Positions 51,002 through 64,000 of a DNA stretch of 64,000 nt are shown piece by piece. Positions within the stretch are counted from its first letter, which is position 1, and each line of letters begins with the position of its first letter. The notes under the pieces were generated by a model, which saw only the letters and a list, made by a program, of their open reading frames with translations, searched no databases and was not told the DNA's origin. The translations under genes and the position numbers were made by a program. Origin of the DNA: Macrostomum lignano (lineage: Eukaryota); assembly GCA_002269645.1 (NCBI GenBank), contig NIVC01003157.1, forward strand, positions 51,999 to 115,998, in the 5' to 3' direction.

Positions 51002-53701
51002 ATGGCTGCACAGTCAGAAAATGCCTTGTCATTGCAAAATACAAATAGTGCCTTAACTATGCAAGAGGGTTGCACTGTATTGCTTCGCAAGCTGATCAAG
51101 GGTCGCAGGTTCTACTACCGTATGGAGGTGCTGCAGAGCAATGCTAGTGTATTGCTGAAAGGAATGCGAATGAGTTTGTCCGACCTGTCTGGCCACAGCT
51201 TTGGCACCCTATTCAAGCTGTCTGAAGATAGCCTTCGCTTGATGCCAGTTGACGATGCTGCTGAGTTTGACCAGTTTGAAGATCGCTTGGTGTCCGAGCT
51301 CAGCTCGCAGAATCCTCAACTGGGAGACCCAGTGACTGACAGAGACAACAGGTTGAGTTGTTTTGCATGCGTTTTTTCACTTCCATTTAGGTTTATTGTT
51401 AATGCAAAAGCAAAGATTTATTGCTGGTTGTTTACATGAATTGTGCTATAAATAAAAGAAAAGGGCAGTGTCAAAAGAACTCAAATTAAAGTGCATCAAA
51501 GGACTGGGGTAGCACAGCAGTGCATCAAAGGACTGGGGTAGCACAGCAGTGCATCAAAGGACTGGGGTAGCACAGCAGTGCATCAAAGGACTGGGGTTGC
51601 ACAGCAGTGCATCAAAGGACTGGGGTAGCACAGCAGTGCATCAAAGGACTGGGGTAGCACAGCAGTGCATCAAAGGACTGGGGTAGCACAGCAGTGCATC
51701 AAAGGACTGGGGTTGCACAGCAGTGCATCAAAGGACTGGGGTAGCACAGCAGTGCATCAAAGGACTGGGGTAGCACAGCAGTGCATCAAAGGACTGGGGT
51801 AGCACAGCAGTGCATCAAAGGACTGGGGTAGCACAGCAGTGCATCAAAGGACTGGGGTAGCACAGCAGTGCATTAAATGACAGAAAATCTAGCTTCCCAA
51901 GAGACAGTGGAAAACATTACGCCATTCAAAATTCACTCTATCCCCATAAAAAGTTTATGGTACAAATTTGCCACAAAGAACCCGAACAACGAATGTAGGA
52001 ACATTGTGGACTCCACGGGAAACCAGACGCTTTCGTCAGGCGAATTGGCCGACCTTCGCGACTCGGGCCAGTCGGGCCGGTCCGTCATCGAGCGCCTGAT
52101 CGATCGTAGCGCGAATTTCGGACAGAAGACCAGCTTTTCGCAGGAGAAATACGTGCGCAAGAAGAAGGAGAAATACTTGGACTATGTGGCCGCGCTGCCC
52201 CCCACTGTGCGCCACCTCTGTGAAATGCGCGGTCGAGGCTGGAACCTGCGCTTTGACATGCTCAGTCAGTTATTGGCCTATGCCAATGTGCACTGCGCCA
52301 GCAGGGCTCTGCTTGTTGATGACTCTTATAATCTGTTGCTAACCCAGGCTGTTTGCGAGCGTCTCTCTGCCAGCAGCGGCGGCCGCGCCTGCTTATTCGT
52401 GAACTGCCCTATGGCCGCCTCTGGTCCTGTCAGCCGACTGCGGGGTCGTTGCGCCCAGCCATGCTGCTGCGCTGATGGCGAGGCCCAGCTGGACTGCCTG
52501 CCGCTGCAGCTAGTGCGGCCTGCGCTGAGGCTGCGGCGTCTTTACGCCTCCAAGGTCTGTTCTTGCGCATGCTGTTCTGAGCTGCCTGTTTCTGCATATT
52601 GTCCTGAGCTGCCTGTTTCTGCATATTGTCCTGAGCTGCCTGTTTCTGCATGTTGTCCTGAGCTGCCTGTTTCTGCATATTGTCCTGAGCTGCCTGTTTC
52701 TGCATATTGTCCTGAGCTGCCTGTTTCTGCATGTTGTCCTGAGCTGCCTGTTTCTGCATGTTGTCCTGAGCTGCCTGTTTCTGCATGTTGTCCTGAGCTG
52801 CCTGTTTCTGTATGTTTTCCTGAGCTGCCTGTTTCTGCATGTTGTCCTGAGCTGCCTGTTTCTGCATGTTGTCCTGAGCTGCCTGTTTCTGCATGTTGTC
52901 CTGAGCTGCCTGTTTCTGCATGTTGTCCTGAGCTGCCTGTTTCTGCATATTGTCCTGAGCTGCCTGTTTCTGCATGTTGTCCTGAGCTGCCTGTTTCTGC
53001 ATGTTGTCCTGAGCTGCCTGTTTCTGCATGTTGTCCTGAGCTGCCTGTTTCTGCATGTTGTCCTGAGCTGTCTGTTTTGGTGTCTGCTGTCCTGAGCTGT
53101 CTGTTTCTGTGCCTGCTGTCCTGAGCTGTCTGTTTCTATACCTGCTGTCCTTGTCTGTCTGTTTCTATACCTGCTGTCCTGAGCCTGTCCGTGTTTATTG
53201 CATTCAACAGAGCTTCTTTAATTGCCCAACTAGGCGGCTGACTCGCCCGCTGAACCGTCGGAAAAGAAAGCCAAGCTGGAGGAGCCGCCAGATTTGAGCC
53301 AGGCTGACGACTCATCAGCTTTGGCCAGCGGCGAGTGGGACTGCCTGCTGGTGGCCAGCCGGCACAGCCCAGTGTCCCTGCTGCCGCTGCTGGATCTGCT
53401 GTCCCCGGGCCAGCCGTTCGCCTTCCACTCGCCCTACCAGGATGCGCTGGTGACCCTGGCCCAGGAGCTGACAGCGCGCGGACTGGCAAACGCCGGCCCT
53501 CTGCTGCTGTTTGACTCGTTCTGCCGGCCTTGGCAACTATTGCCAGGCCGCTGTCGCCCAGCCATGCGCATGCGAGCCACCGGCAGCGGCTTCGCGCTAG
53601 TCGGCCGTCGATCCGGCGACGGCGAAGCTGACGAAGATTGCGAAATCGACGGTGGCGAAAGCGGAGACGGCGGCGGCGAGAGTGACGAAGGCGACGCCTG
53701 A
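51002..53701 (+). CDS. TRMT6: tRNA m1A58 methyltransferase non-catalytic subunit (Gcd10/Trm6), 3 exons
   Basis: Exons 51002-51351, 51999-52554 and 53234-53701 in phase. DNRNIVDSTGNQTLS, KTSFSQEKYVRKKKEKY, LRFDMLSQLLAYANV, DCLLVASR..PGQPFAFHSPYQDAL, WQLLPGRCRP. Confidence 0.9.
51491..51872. repeat. 29-bp minisatellite (about 13 copies) in TRMT6 intron 1
   Basis: Unit GTGCATCAAAGGACTGGGGTAGCACAGCA. Confidence 0.97.
52572..53185. repeat. 27-bp minisatellite (about 19 copies plus degenerate tail) in TRMT6 intron 2
   Basis: Unit TGTCCTGAGCTGCCTGTTTCTGCAT(G/A)T. Confidence 0.97.
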
Positions 53702-53853
53702 AACTGACTTGGCTTTGCCTCAGCTGTTCATTGGAGTGCTATTTGCCATTTGAATAAATATATGTAAACTGCAACATATGGTACAGGCATTTATAATTTG
53801 CATTGGTTTAAAACACAGCGCTTGACTGCTGGTTTTATTCAGTTTCCAATAAA

Positions 53854-54170
53854 TTGCGGCACTCTATCGCCGCGCCGGCCTGGCCCGTCCCAAGTGAACT
53901 GCTGCGACTTCGGCGACTGCAGCTGGCAGGCCACATCATCCGCGCCGAGTCCTACTGCCCGCAGCCGGTGCAGGAGGTGCTGCTGCTAACGCTGCAGGCA
54001 CCCTACTGGCGCGGCCAGGCCCGAACTCGGCGTTTCGTCGACTGCCTGCTGGCCGACGCTGGCGCCCCGGACTCTGCCGGCGTTGCGGCCTTTGTTCGCG
54101 CCCAGGCTCTGAAGCGTGCCCTGTGACGCTGCTTTTTTTCCACCTGACAGCGTGCTTTATTGTTGTTGTT
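53854..54170 (+). mobile_element. 5'-truncated RTE-like non-LTR retrotransposon 3' end
   Basis: RRLQLAGHIIRAESYCPQPVQEVLL..RGQARTRRFVDCL (post-RT R-x-x-x-x-GH-x-x-R motif), a stop, and a (TTG)n tail. Confidence 0.75.
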
Positions 54171-55464
54171 ATAAAAAATTTTCATGCAAATATTAAGGTG
54201 GTTTATATTTGAAGTGCCCCATCAGTCACCCATTTCTGACACAGCCAGCTGGCTCAATAGCTCATGCTGTTAGTTGTCAAAGAACTGAAAACATGAGACC
54301 AACACAGCGTAAGAGTTGTAAAACTTTTATCACCGCAAATCACTAAAAATTTCAGACAAAAGAAAACGTTTGTTCAAAATTTGTATTGTATTGCTTTGTT
54401 ACATTAAAAGTCAATCACAATATCCGGCTATAGCCGATATGCATTGGTCCGTGCAACAAACACGCTGGGAAAAGAATGCACATTGTGTAGCAAAACTATC
54501 GCGGAAAAAGATCGGTGTATAAATAAAGTGGGGTCATGCTACAAATCTACTATATAGGGAAGTTGCTAATAAGATTGCAAAACATGATGCCTTGTAAAAC
54601 GTGTAAAAGCACCAACACATCTAAGGAAGTGCAAGTGTTGTTAATTACTGATTTTTCCAGACGAAACTATTGGGTGGTAACTATACTGAACACGGCAAGC
54701 AAAGCAGGTGCAAAAATCGAATGCGTCATTTCTACCGGTCGCTTTTACTCGCTTCTAAAAGGGCGAGCTTAGACTCGTGCGGTCAACGCCCTTGCGTACA
54801 AACACCTATAAGGCCCAGCGAAGTGTACGTCTAACTATAAATAAAGAATTAGGGCCAATGTACACTCCTGTGTGTGACCGTGCGTATGGCAGCGTAAGTA
54901 TCCTTGTGTGCCTGCTCAGGGGAGTCGGCGGAATGGGCATTAATGCCTTTTGCTAGTTGTCCGACAATGTCGCTCAAGGCCGGTTCACGTTACCGCTAGT
55001 AGCTCCTCTAGTCCAAGATTGATCAAATCAATGCAGAGTTGCTGCAAACCCATGTTAACATTGACTTCAGGCGACTTTTGGACCCACAGAGCTACTATAT
55101 ATGTGAACCCGTCCTAAAAGTGCGCCAGGGTGCACAGCATAGACCCCAGATTCGAACTAAAAAGGCCATAAACTATCTAACACTAAAGCAGGCCTGTGGC
55201 CTCTTGAAGTCTCGGACTTTTGTGGCTATGTGGCAGTGGCTCTCAAAATTCCACTGACGAGGGCAAAAGGTTAAAAAGCAAATACGTTTTGTGCATGTGA
55301 TCGGCCCCGTACATCAATTCAATGTCGGCTGAAAGTCGGTGCAATGTAAAAGTACATAATTTTCAGCGACGTCGAAAGCGCCGGCCGACATTGGATTGCT
55401 GTCTGGGGGTCTCATACATGCAAATTTTGCTTGCGAATGAATAAAAACTCGCAAAATCGGCTTT

Positions 55465-58400
55465 CTAAAAGTTGAAAGCCGGTACGATAGCAGCAGCCGT
55501 AGTGCTGTGGGGACGGCGCCGACTGTTGCACCGCTGTCTTAGAGGCTGCCGCAGGCGCCGATGGTCTCCTTTATTGACATCTGAAGCATCGCCCGAAGCT
55601 GTTTCAGCAGAGACCAATCCGAATTCGACCAATCGCTGCGACACAAAGAGGCACTGCGGCGGCAGTGCAGTTGTGGATGGACGCGCGTACGCGGCAGGAT
55701 GTCTTGCGTTGCGGGCCGCAATAAGCAGTTTGTTCGGCGCAGACACTGCGCGCCTCTGGCCAAGGCTCTCCGGCTTTGGGCCCAGGCCGATTCGGGCCGC
55801 CGTCAGAAGCAAATCGAGCAGTCTGGCCAGCATTCGGCGCCGCCTGCCAGGAGGTTGAAGAGAATCCAAGATGCTTTCCTTTAAGTACATGTACATGCTG
55901 CTGACGAATGTACATGTGTATACATATACGGAACCCACACTTTACACGCATTCTACATTTCCTCACTCATTTTCCTTACCTGAAAACTGCCTCAGCTTCC
56001 GTGAGCTCGTCATCCGGCATCAGCAGGCTGGCTAAAGCCTCGTTAACGTCCGCAGAGCATCGCATCAGCTGTCGGCGAAGGCGTCGGCCACAGCGAGATA
56101 CATTGCTGGCGCGCGTCGAAATCTCGTGCAAATCCGCTGTGGCGCGGCTGAGCCGATCTCGCGCCGCCGCTGCTGCCTGATTCAGCTCAACTACCTGCTG
56201 GCGGAGTCGGCCGTGCTCTGACGCCACCGTCTGCGCCGCCTCTGACCGTTCCTCCATGTCGATCAGCTGCGTGTCCAGCCGCCTGCAGTCATCAGCCAGT
56301 AGCCTGATTTTCTGCAACGCAATCCATAGCAAGTAATTAATAAAGAAATTATAGCTGAAGCACCAGCTATAAGAAAGTTCCTAAAGGCCTTGCTTCCACA
56401 TCCGAATGGGTGCATAAAGGTCCAGCCGGGAAGCTATGTGGCTCGTGGCACCGGTCCCCACACTGACTGACTGACTGACTGACTGACTGCCTGACTGACT
56501 GACTGACTGAATGCCTGACTGACTGACTGACTGACTGACTGACTGCCTGACTGCCTGACTGACTGACTGACTGACTGACTGACTGCCTGACTGCCTGACT
56601 GACTGACTGACTGACTGACTGCCTGACTGACTGACTGCCTGACTGACTGACTGACTGATTGACTGCCTGCCTGACTGACTGACTGACTGACTGACTGACT
56701 GACTGCCTGACTGACTTGACTGACTGACTGACTGCCTGACTGACTGACTGACTGAATGCCTGACTGACTGATTGACTGCCTGACTGACTGCCTGACTGCC
56801 TGACTGACTGACTGACTGACTGACTGCCTGACTGACTGACTGCCTGACTGACTGACTGACTGATTGACTGCCTGCCTGACTGACTGACTGACTGACTGAC
56901 TGACTGACTGCCTGACTGACTGCCTGACTGACTTGACTGACTGACTGACTGACTGCCTGACTGCCTGACTGACTGACTGACTGACTGACTGCCTGACTGA
57001 CTGACTGCCTGACTGACTGACTGACTGATTGACTGCCTGCCTGACTGACTGACTGACTGACTGACTGACTGACTGACTGCCTGACTGACTTGACTGACTG
57101 ACTGACTGTCTGACTGACTGACTGACTGACTGACTGACTGCCTGACTGACTGACTGACTGACTGACTGACTGACTGACTGACTGACTGACTGACTGACTG
57201 ACTGACTGACTGACTGACTGACTGACTGACTGACTGACTGACTGACTGACTGACTGACTGACTGACTGACTGACTGACTGACTGACTGACTGACTGACTG
57301 ACTGACTGACTGCCTGACTGACTGACTGACTGACTGACTGACTGACTGACTGACTGACTGACTGACTGACTGACTGACTGACTGACTGACTGACTGATTA
57401 TTTACAAAACTGTCCAACCTTCACCTTCAACGAGCCCTGCGTTCTGGCCGTCATCTCCCGCTCCACCCCAGCCAGCACGTCGATCTCCGTCAGGTTTTCT
57501 CGCTCCCTGGCGCGGGCCTCGTCGCCCACGCCAACCAGGTGAGCCACAGCGTCGCTAATTTCACGCAGCCGCCGGTTGAGCTCCGCATTGGCTTGAATGG
57601 TGAGGCGGCCAGTCTCCACCTGCTGGCGGCGAGATGCCGTCCGCAACTCGGCCGCCACGTCAGTCACCCGCCGCAGCATCTCCTTGCGCTGCGCATCTTT
57701 CGTAACTACGCCACTGCGGTCCAGATCGTACAGCTCCTGGCGCTGGTGAGCCTGCTCCCCGTTCGTCTGCAACTCCAGCTCGGCGAACTTGGCCGCCAGC
57801 TCCTCCTTCAGCAAACGGTATTCCTCAAGAGCCGTCAGCTTCCCTTCTGTAAGATTCGAGCATTTAATCATACACTTTCGTTGCATGATTTATTATTATT
57901 ATATTCAGAATATATCAAGACGGGTATTTTTATGCTGTTAGGTGATTTTAAGTGATAGTTAATGAATCAATCAGGTGAATCAATTGCTAATTTATTTGCA
58001 AATCCATTGAATTTGACTTCAATATAAAATCTTATACTAATTTGTGACAAAAAATAATGAAATGCCAATCAATATCATTCATAATTTCCACGAGTTCTCG
58101 ATGAGATGCAAAATAGAACCCTCTCGTGCAGCTGAACAAACGAGCCATAGAATTTGTAGATTTTAGAGGCTTCCTCCGTTCAGAACAGAAGACCTTAAAA
58201 AAGCGTTCATATAAAATGAAATGTTTGTGGAAAACAGTTGCACAGTGCGTCGTCAGCCCTACGAGCCAGCATACACTTTTCAAATATTTGCAAACTCACG
58301 AAGTGACAGCAGATCGCTCTCGAGGTTTTCTTTCATATCTTGGTGCTCCCGTCTCTGCGCCTCGGCCCGCTCCGAATAGGCCCGTTGCTCAGCTTCGTGA

Positions 58401-58708
58401 GCCTCCCGCAAGCAACGCAGCTCTTCCTGAAGTCGCTGGCAGTTGCTTGCCTTCTCTGAGAGCTGGCCTCGCAAGTATTCTAAAATGTCTTCAGTGTCCG
58501 CTGCCAGGCTGGAGCCCCGGCCCTCCAGCTGTTGATTGAGCAGCACCAGCTCATCGCAGCGGCACTGTAGCCGACTGACCTGCGACTTCAGAGAGTGAAG
58601 CTGGCGCAGCATGGCCTGCTTCTGCTGCTCCTGTTGAGGCCCGACCTTCTGATGGTCCTCAACTGCACCCCGATTGCCATCCAGCTTGGCTCTGGCGGGA
58701 GCAGACAT
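55465..58708 (-). CDS. CFAP157: Cilia- and flagella-associated protein 157-like, about 4 exons
   Basis: Coiled-coil exons including EGKLTALEEYRLLKEELAAKF..KEMLRRVTDVAAELR..ETGRLTIQAN and DILEYLRGQL..QDMKENLESD, matching the CFAP157/C9orf117 pattern as I recall it. Confidence 0.78.
56462..57397. repeat. (GACT)n microsatellite with GCCT interruptions, about 930 bp, intronic
   Basis: Directly visible. Confidence 0.99.
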
Positions 58709-58874
58709 GAAATGACATGGGGACTTCATGTGCTATACATGTGGTTATTGTTAGCACGAATATGCAGTGTTGCTCTGTGCACATGTTCCGGTTTGTGCGC
58801 AAGATCCACAGAGTTAATACAAGGATAAATTAATTAGTGAATTAATTACACCTGCCCTAATGGGCTCAAGCCTG

Positions 58875-59091
58875 AAGGCTGCGGCGGCTGTTCAGTCCAA
58901 GGACTGGGGAGTCGCCATGTACACCTTCAATTGCCCCAGCAAATTACCCCCAGCTAGCACCCATTTTACAGCTGGGTGAACTGCAGCAATGCAGAGTTAA
59001 GTGAACAAACTCAAGGACACAATTTGTTCCAGTGGGATTGGGAATCGAACCCCCGACCTTTTAGTCGCGCTCTAACCAGTTGGGCTACAAC
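58875..59091 (-). mobile_element. tRNA-headed SINE, copy 2
   Basis: Shares GAAGGCTGC..CTGTTCAGTC..CACCCATTTTACAGCTGGGTGAACTG..TCGAACCCCCGACCTT..CTCTAACCA..CTACAAC with 40357-40575. Confidence 0.75.
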
Positions 59092-61625
59092 CCCTTCGGC
59101 TACAATCCCCTCTTTTTTAGCACTGTCCCCTTATATTTTTTTCTGGTCTCTGCCCCCGCCTCCCCCCCCCCCCTAGTTGCGCCACATAACTGGTAATAAT
59201 AAACAGATTACTGATCCAAAACAATTTTCAATTAATAATGTATTCAATGCAATTAAAAGCAGTAATAGAAGTTCTAGAAAAAGGACTTCATCCTATCGCT
59301 AATTTAAAATTGCGCAAACTTGCAGCTAGCTAAGCTTGCTACTAAGGCAAACATGGACGGGAATCGATTTTTAGGATTTCAGAGTAAAAAATCATAGTAA
59401 AATTCACTTTTAATCTCTAGACGTTGTTCAGTTTAGTTTTGTACATCTGGCTACTCAAATGATTTAGGATTCTAAGCTTTGATGCTGCTGGCTTTGACAG
59501 TCACAGATGGCTAAGATGGGTCTAGGTCTATCGTGTTTTAAGTGCTTGTTGGGCTTAATATAAATTTGGTTTTGATAATATATTATTGGCTTAATGCTTA
59601 ATTATTGGCTATAAAGTATGTAATTATATAAGGCATTTTGTTTAATACTTGCATCGAGACAGACACTATAATATAGACCATGGTTTCTTGGTGTCTCAAA
59701 AAGCAAAAAATAGTCTCATGTACTAAAATTAAAATTTAGCTACATTGAAAACATAGTTAACTAATGAAATAATTACTTAAGCAATTAACTCTTAAAAAAC
59801 AAAAAAAAATCATCAGAAGAAACTGTTGTAGGCCTACTGTTGATGCATATTTTATTATATTTAGCCTTATATTATATATAGATATTGAATAAGTTCGTCT
59901 TGTTTGCAATTTACTTATATTGAATAGAAATTCCTAAAATATTATCAGAATATTATCAAACTGTAAACATTTTCTAGCATCGATAAAGCTAGTCTTTTAA
60001 AAAGTTTAAACAAAAAGCTTCAAAGCTTGCATGTAATTCTGCATAAAATATACTGCATTTCTACCTCGTTTAAAAAGTCGCATGTCGCGAGTGAATCTTA
60101 TCCGTCAACTGATATATCAAAGAAAATATGTTTATTTCTTTATTCATTTTATCCACGTATAAGTTTCTGTAGTTTTTAACTATTTTCATTGCCATTTGCT
60201 GCTAGTTATTACTTAAAGATTTGTTTGCTTGATTAACTGCAATGTTTGCGGTATAGCTATAAAAATACAGTGTACATTTAGTAAATACATGGCATCGTAG
60301 TAGGCTTTTGTAGCAAAAGGCATAAGCGTATGAAGCGAAATAAAAATGTGCATGTACAGTTTCAAGAGGCTTTTAAAAAGATTTTTATAAAACTAAAAGT
60401 ACATGTAGTAATTTAGGCAACACATTTCACTGATCGATCGACGTATTGCGTAGCCATCTGTTGATAATTTATAAGACGGGATCAAGTCGAACAATGCAGG
60501 CAGAAGCCACTGCCATACATCAACTATAAACAACCATATTTTGTCATGATAGGTCAAACCAACATAGGAGTATATGGACAAACGGGGATTTATGTAATTT
60601 GTACCTATTTTCCCAACTTATGGTCCAGGTTCCGCGCTCTTCTCACACTTAGCATAATTCTCATACATGTGCTTCCCTATAAGTTGCTGCAGTAACCATT
60701 GTCAATCACATATGTAGCATATATATATATACATGGTACATGTAATAGCTGATCTGCGTGCAATAATATGTTTTTGACAGTCAGCGTGCACACAATGGGG
60801 AATTGAATATACTTGTACATGTAGCGTGCATGGCTTTGCAAGTGCAACGCCTAATAGTAGACCATATGAGTGCGCGTACTGTATATGCAATCGATCAAGG
60901 ACTACTTTAGTATAGGACGCAACAATCAAAATCTATACGAGTATGGCAATCTTTTTGAAGGCCCGTTTTTGCATTACAGCAGCGCACTAGTAAAATTTAA
61001 CTGCTCATACAGTAATTCTCTGGATCAGTTGCTCGTAGAATGATAATTTTTTTCGAGAGGTTGTTCAACTTTTTTCTTTATCACGTGACGCAAAGTTTGA
61101 CGCTACATGTATATCTACATGTAGGAGCGGCGGGCGACAGTAAAGTAACGCCAATCGAGTTGCAAGGTTGCATACGTTAAGTGTGTAGATGGAACATAAA
61201 GTCTTAATAAACTAAAAATACACGGCCTATACGGAGCTTCTGAGGTCCAAATGTAGTGCAGGCTTCTTTAAAACAGTCGAGTAGAATGCTTTTTTTAAGG
61301 CAAGAACCGCTACGCTAAATACACGTTAACAAGCGGGCCTTCAAAAAAGTTACATTATTTGCAAGTGTCGCGTCCTCTATAACGTAATCTTCCAGTGGTT
61401 CTTGATGCAAATTAAGGATACCATTACTACACTCATGTATTATTGCAATCGTTACTCTCTGAGTTAGGGGTGTTAGACGCGCCGGAGGGTGCCGCTGTAC
61501 ATATCGCTGTACTTTGGCGGGGGGTTGAGGTGTGGGGTGTTGGCCGCGCCGGCCAGCTTAAAGCCTCTGCACCCGGCCCGGCTTGGCTCCGCCGTCATTT
61601 CTCAATTTTTTGCCCAGCCACCGCC

Positions 61626-64000
61626 ATGAGTGCCAGCCCAAAGCGACTAAACGTGCGCCAACTCAAGGCTGAGCTGCGAAACAGAGGCCTGCCTACTACG
61701 GGCCTCAAACAACAGCTTGCCAAGCGCTTGTCTACTGCACTCGGTTTAGAGCAAGCTGACGAAGACTTCAGCAACTCCGAGATGACTTCTGCTCCGGACG
61801 CCGAAGACGGCATCGGCAGCGCGGGCGAGGCGCCTCCGGGGGCGGGGAGCGACCGGCTGGCTGCGCTGCGGCAGGAGGTGGAGCTGCTCGAACTGCAAGT
61901 CCTGGAAGGCCGTCGTCGTGATCTTCAGCAACAGCTTCACACTCAGCAGCGCTTGACGGCTCAGCCCCACGCCAGCATCATCATCAGGTGAGCATAACGC
62001 ACATGCCAGTCTGCAGTTGCCCGAGGTTTTTTAATCTGGGATGAGGGAGGCGGCTCAGCTTCAGGCCGCTAATTGCCAGGCTCCGACTCGCAAGTTGCAT
62101 CGACCATATCAAGCTAGCCAGAGGACCCGGCTCAGCCAGTCAGGAGCAGTTGATCGCCACTATGGAGAATGGCTCGCTCGCATTCAGAAAGCAGGAGCCG
62201 AAGCTGTCCAGTATCTCTGCTGGTCAGTGGATCGCGGCCAACTCGATCATCTTGCAAAAGCTGATCAAGGAAAAACTCCCGGCGGCTGCTGGAAGCACTG
62301 ATGGTCTCCTGACTGACGTCCTTGGCTACCTGGACTACAATCGCAAGATCGGAGAGCTGCTGGCTGCTGACTACCCGGAGTCCGTAATCTGGGAGTTTGA
62401 CGAGGACTACCGGAGGCTGGTGGCGGAGTCGGGCATGGCGTGGGGTGAGGAGCCCCCTCAGTTGTACCACAAGCACCTCAACGCCCCAGAAACCTGCGGT
62501 TCACGCTCGCTAAGCAGCCCAGCCAGCAGCAAATCCCGGCAGCAACCAGGCCGATCTGTCTGCGCTTCAACTGCGAGTCCGGGTGCACCCGCCAGAACTG
62601 CAAGTTCCGCCACGTCTGCAAAATCCAAGGCTGCCTGGCAGCGCACCCGGCTCACGCTCACACGCAGTCGCCGCAGTCATTACTCACCGGACAGCTGCCG
62701 GGTCACGTGACCGGTGCGAGTGCAAAAAACTGATGCCATTTTATCCAGCTGACTGCTCTACTTTTAATTCCGATTTTTCTGCTTTTACTTCTTCGCTGCC
62801 CATCTCGTCTGACCTGCAACCTGACGCCTGGAGTGCTCTGCTCAGTGACGACCCAGACCGCGACTTTCTGATGCAAGGCGTTGTCAACGGTTTCGCTCTC
62901 ACCAATGCTGGCAGCCGCCTTTGACTTCGTCCAAGAACCACGCCTCCGCCCTGCTGTACCGCTCTGCTGTGGAAGCCCAGGTCGAGGAGGAGCTGCGCCT
63001 TGGGAGGTACATCCGGTGGAGCGGCCCGATCAAAATCAACCCCATCGGTGCCCTTCCCAAGTCCGACGGGCGGGTCCGCCTGATCCATGACCTGTCCTAT
63101 CCGAACGGCCAGTCTGTAAACGACTTCTACGACCAACAGAAGCACATCAAGTACTGCGCTGTCCAGCAGCTGGTTCGTCATCTCCATCCGGGACACTACA
63201 TGGCAAAAATTGATCTCAAAAGCGCCTACAGGTCCGTGCCAATCAGGCCTGCTGACTAGCGGCTCGTCGGCCTCGCCTGGCGGTTTGACTCAGACAGCCA
63301 GGACAGTCTGCTCTGCGACACCAGGCTTCCCTTCGGCGCCAAAGCTGCTTACGAAGTTTTTCACGCGTCTTTCAGCCGCCGTTACCGGCACACGCACCGG
63401 CTTGGCTTTTCTGCTACGGTGAACTACCTGGATGACTGGGCAGTCGCTGGGAAATCCGAGTCCGAGGCTTTCGCTGCTTTCAATTGCCTGCTGGACATCC
63501 TGCAGCGCCTCGGCTTTGCCATCAACTGGGACAAGGTTGTCAGACTTACGCAATGCATCGACTTCCTTGGCGTGCGCATCAACACCGCTACCGGCACCAA
63601 GTCGCTGCCGAGGAGAAAGCTCTCGAGACGACAAAGCTGCTGACTCAAACCTGCTCGGAGACTCGGGTGCACATGCGCTCTGCTCAGAAGCTGATTGGCA
63701 AGCTTGGCTGGTTCTGTCAGATTGTCCTTCATGTCAGAGTCTTCCTGCGTCCGCTCTTCGACTGGCTGACAACTGCTGTTGACTGCAAGCTTTGGGTGAC
63801 CGATGAGACCCGCGCCAACTTGTCCTGGTGGCTCAGAGCTCTGGCTTGGCTCCCCCCGGTGGCTTTGTGGCCGCGCTTTGATGAGGAGTTTGCCATGAAG
63901 ACTGACAGCAGCCGGTCGGGCGCAGCCGCCGTCATCTGGGGTGCCGAGAGTTTCTGGAGTGTCATCGACTGGGAGCTGGACTGCGGTGGTGTGTTCAGGA
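61626..64000 (+). mobile_element. Ngaro/DIRS-type tyrosine-recombinase retrotransposon (gag with SAP and CCCH, RT, start of RNase H); decayed; runs off the window
   Basis: Gag SAP motif LNVRQLKAELRNRGLPTTGLKQQLAKRL; KLSSISAGQWIAAN..FDEDYRR; CLRFNC..CTRQNCKFRHVC; RT INPIGALPKSDGRVRLIHDLS..SVND, AKIDLKSAYR, LPFG, NYLDD, FLG; RNase H MKTDSS. In-frame TAG at 63257 and several frameshifts. The recombinase is not in the window. Confidence 0.85.

Noticed and set aside
52430-53124. MQKQAAQDN and CPELPVSAC repeat proteins
   Set aside because: 27-bp intronic array; a GT donor at 52555 and an in-phase acceptor at 53233 remove it from TRMT6.
56434-57417. 327-aa SQSV-repeat ORF
   Set aside because: (GACT)n microsatellite in a CFAP157 intron.

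Overview
Eukaryotic (animal) genomic DNA with spliced genes, many minisatellites and a 937-nt N gap (5642-6578). The style suggests an invertebrate such as a free-living flatworm, but the host cannot be verified from the sequence. From left to right: (1) a 5'-truncated, decayed LOA/R1-type non-LTR retrotransposon with RT and RNase H; (2) about 15 kb of a Polinton/Maverick (adintovirus-type) element (6579-21524) encoding a packaging ATPase, adenain-like protease, protein-primed PolB, DDE integrase, a parvovirus-like PLA2, an adenovirus pX-like peptide protein and a GasderminX-like protein. Its right end is intact, but no capsid genes or left TIR are visible, and almost all its frameshifts sit in homopolymers; (3) a non-autonomous CMC/EnSpm-like element that splits one Polinton ORF, which rejoins in frame; (4) host genes: C1GALT1-like, a coiled-coil gene hit by a P-element-type insertion, a three-exon Ser/Thr kinase fused to a catalytically dead caspase domain, two ankyrin genes, SF3B2, TRMT6 and CFAP157-like; (5) a SINE family, a foldback element, an RTE fragment and a Ngaro/DIRS-like retrotransposon with a SAP-domain Gag running off the right edge. 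The best candidates for novelty are the kinase-pseudocaspase fusion with its ankyrin neighbours and upstream GGGTTTTCCC array, and the possibly intact Polinton with three membrane-penetration modules.
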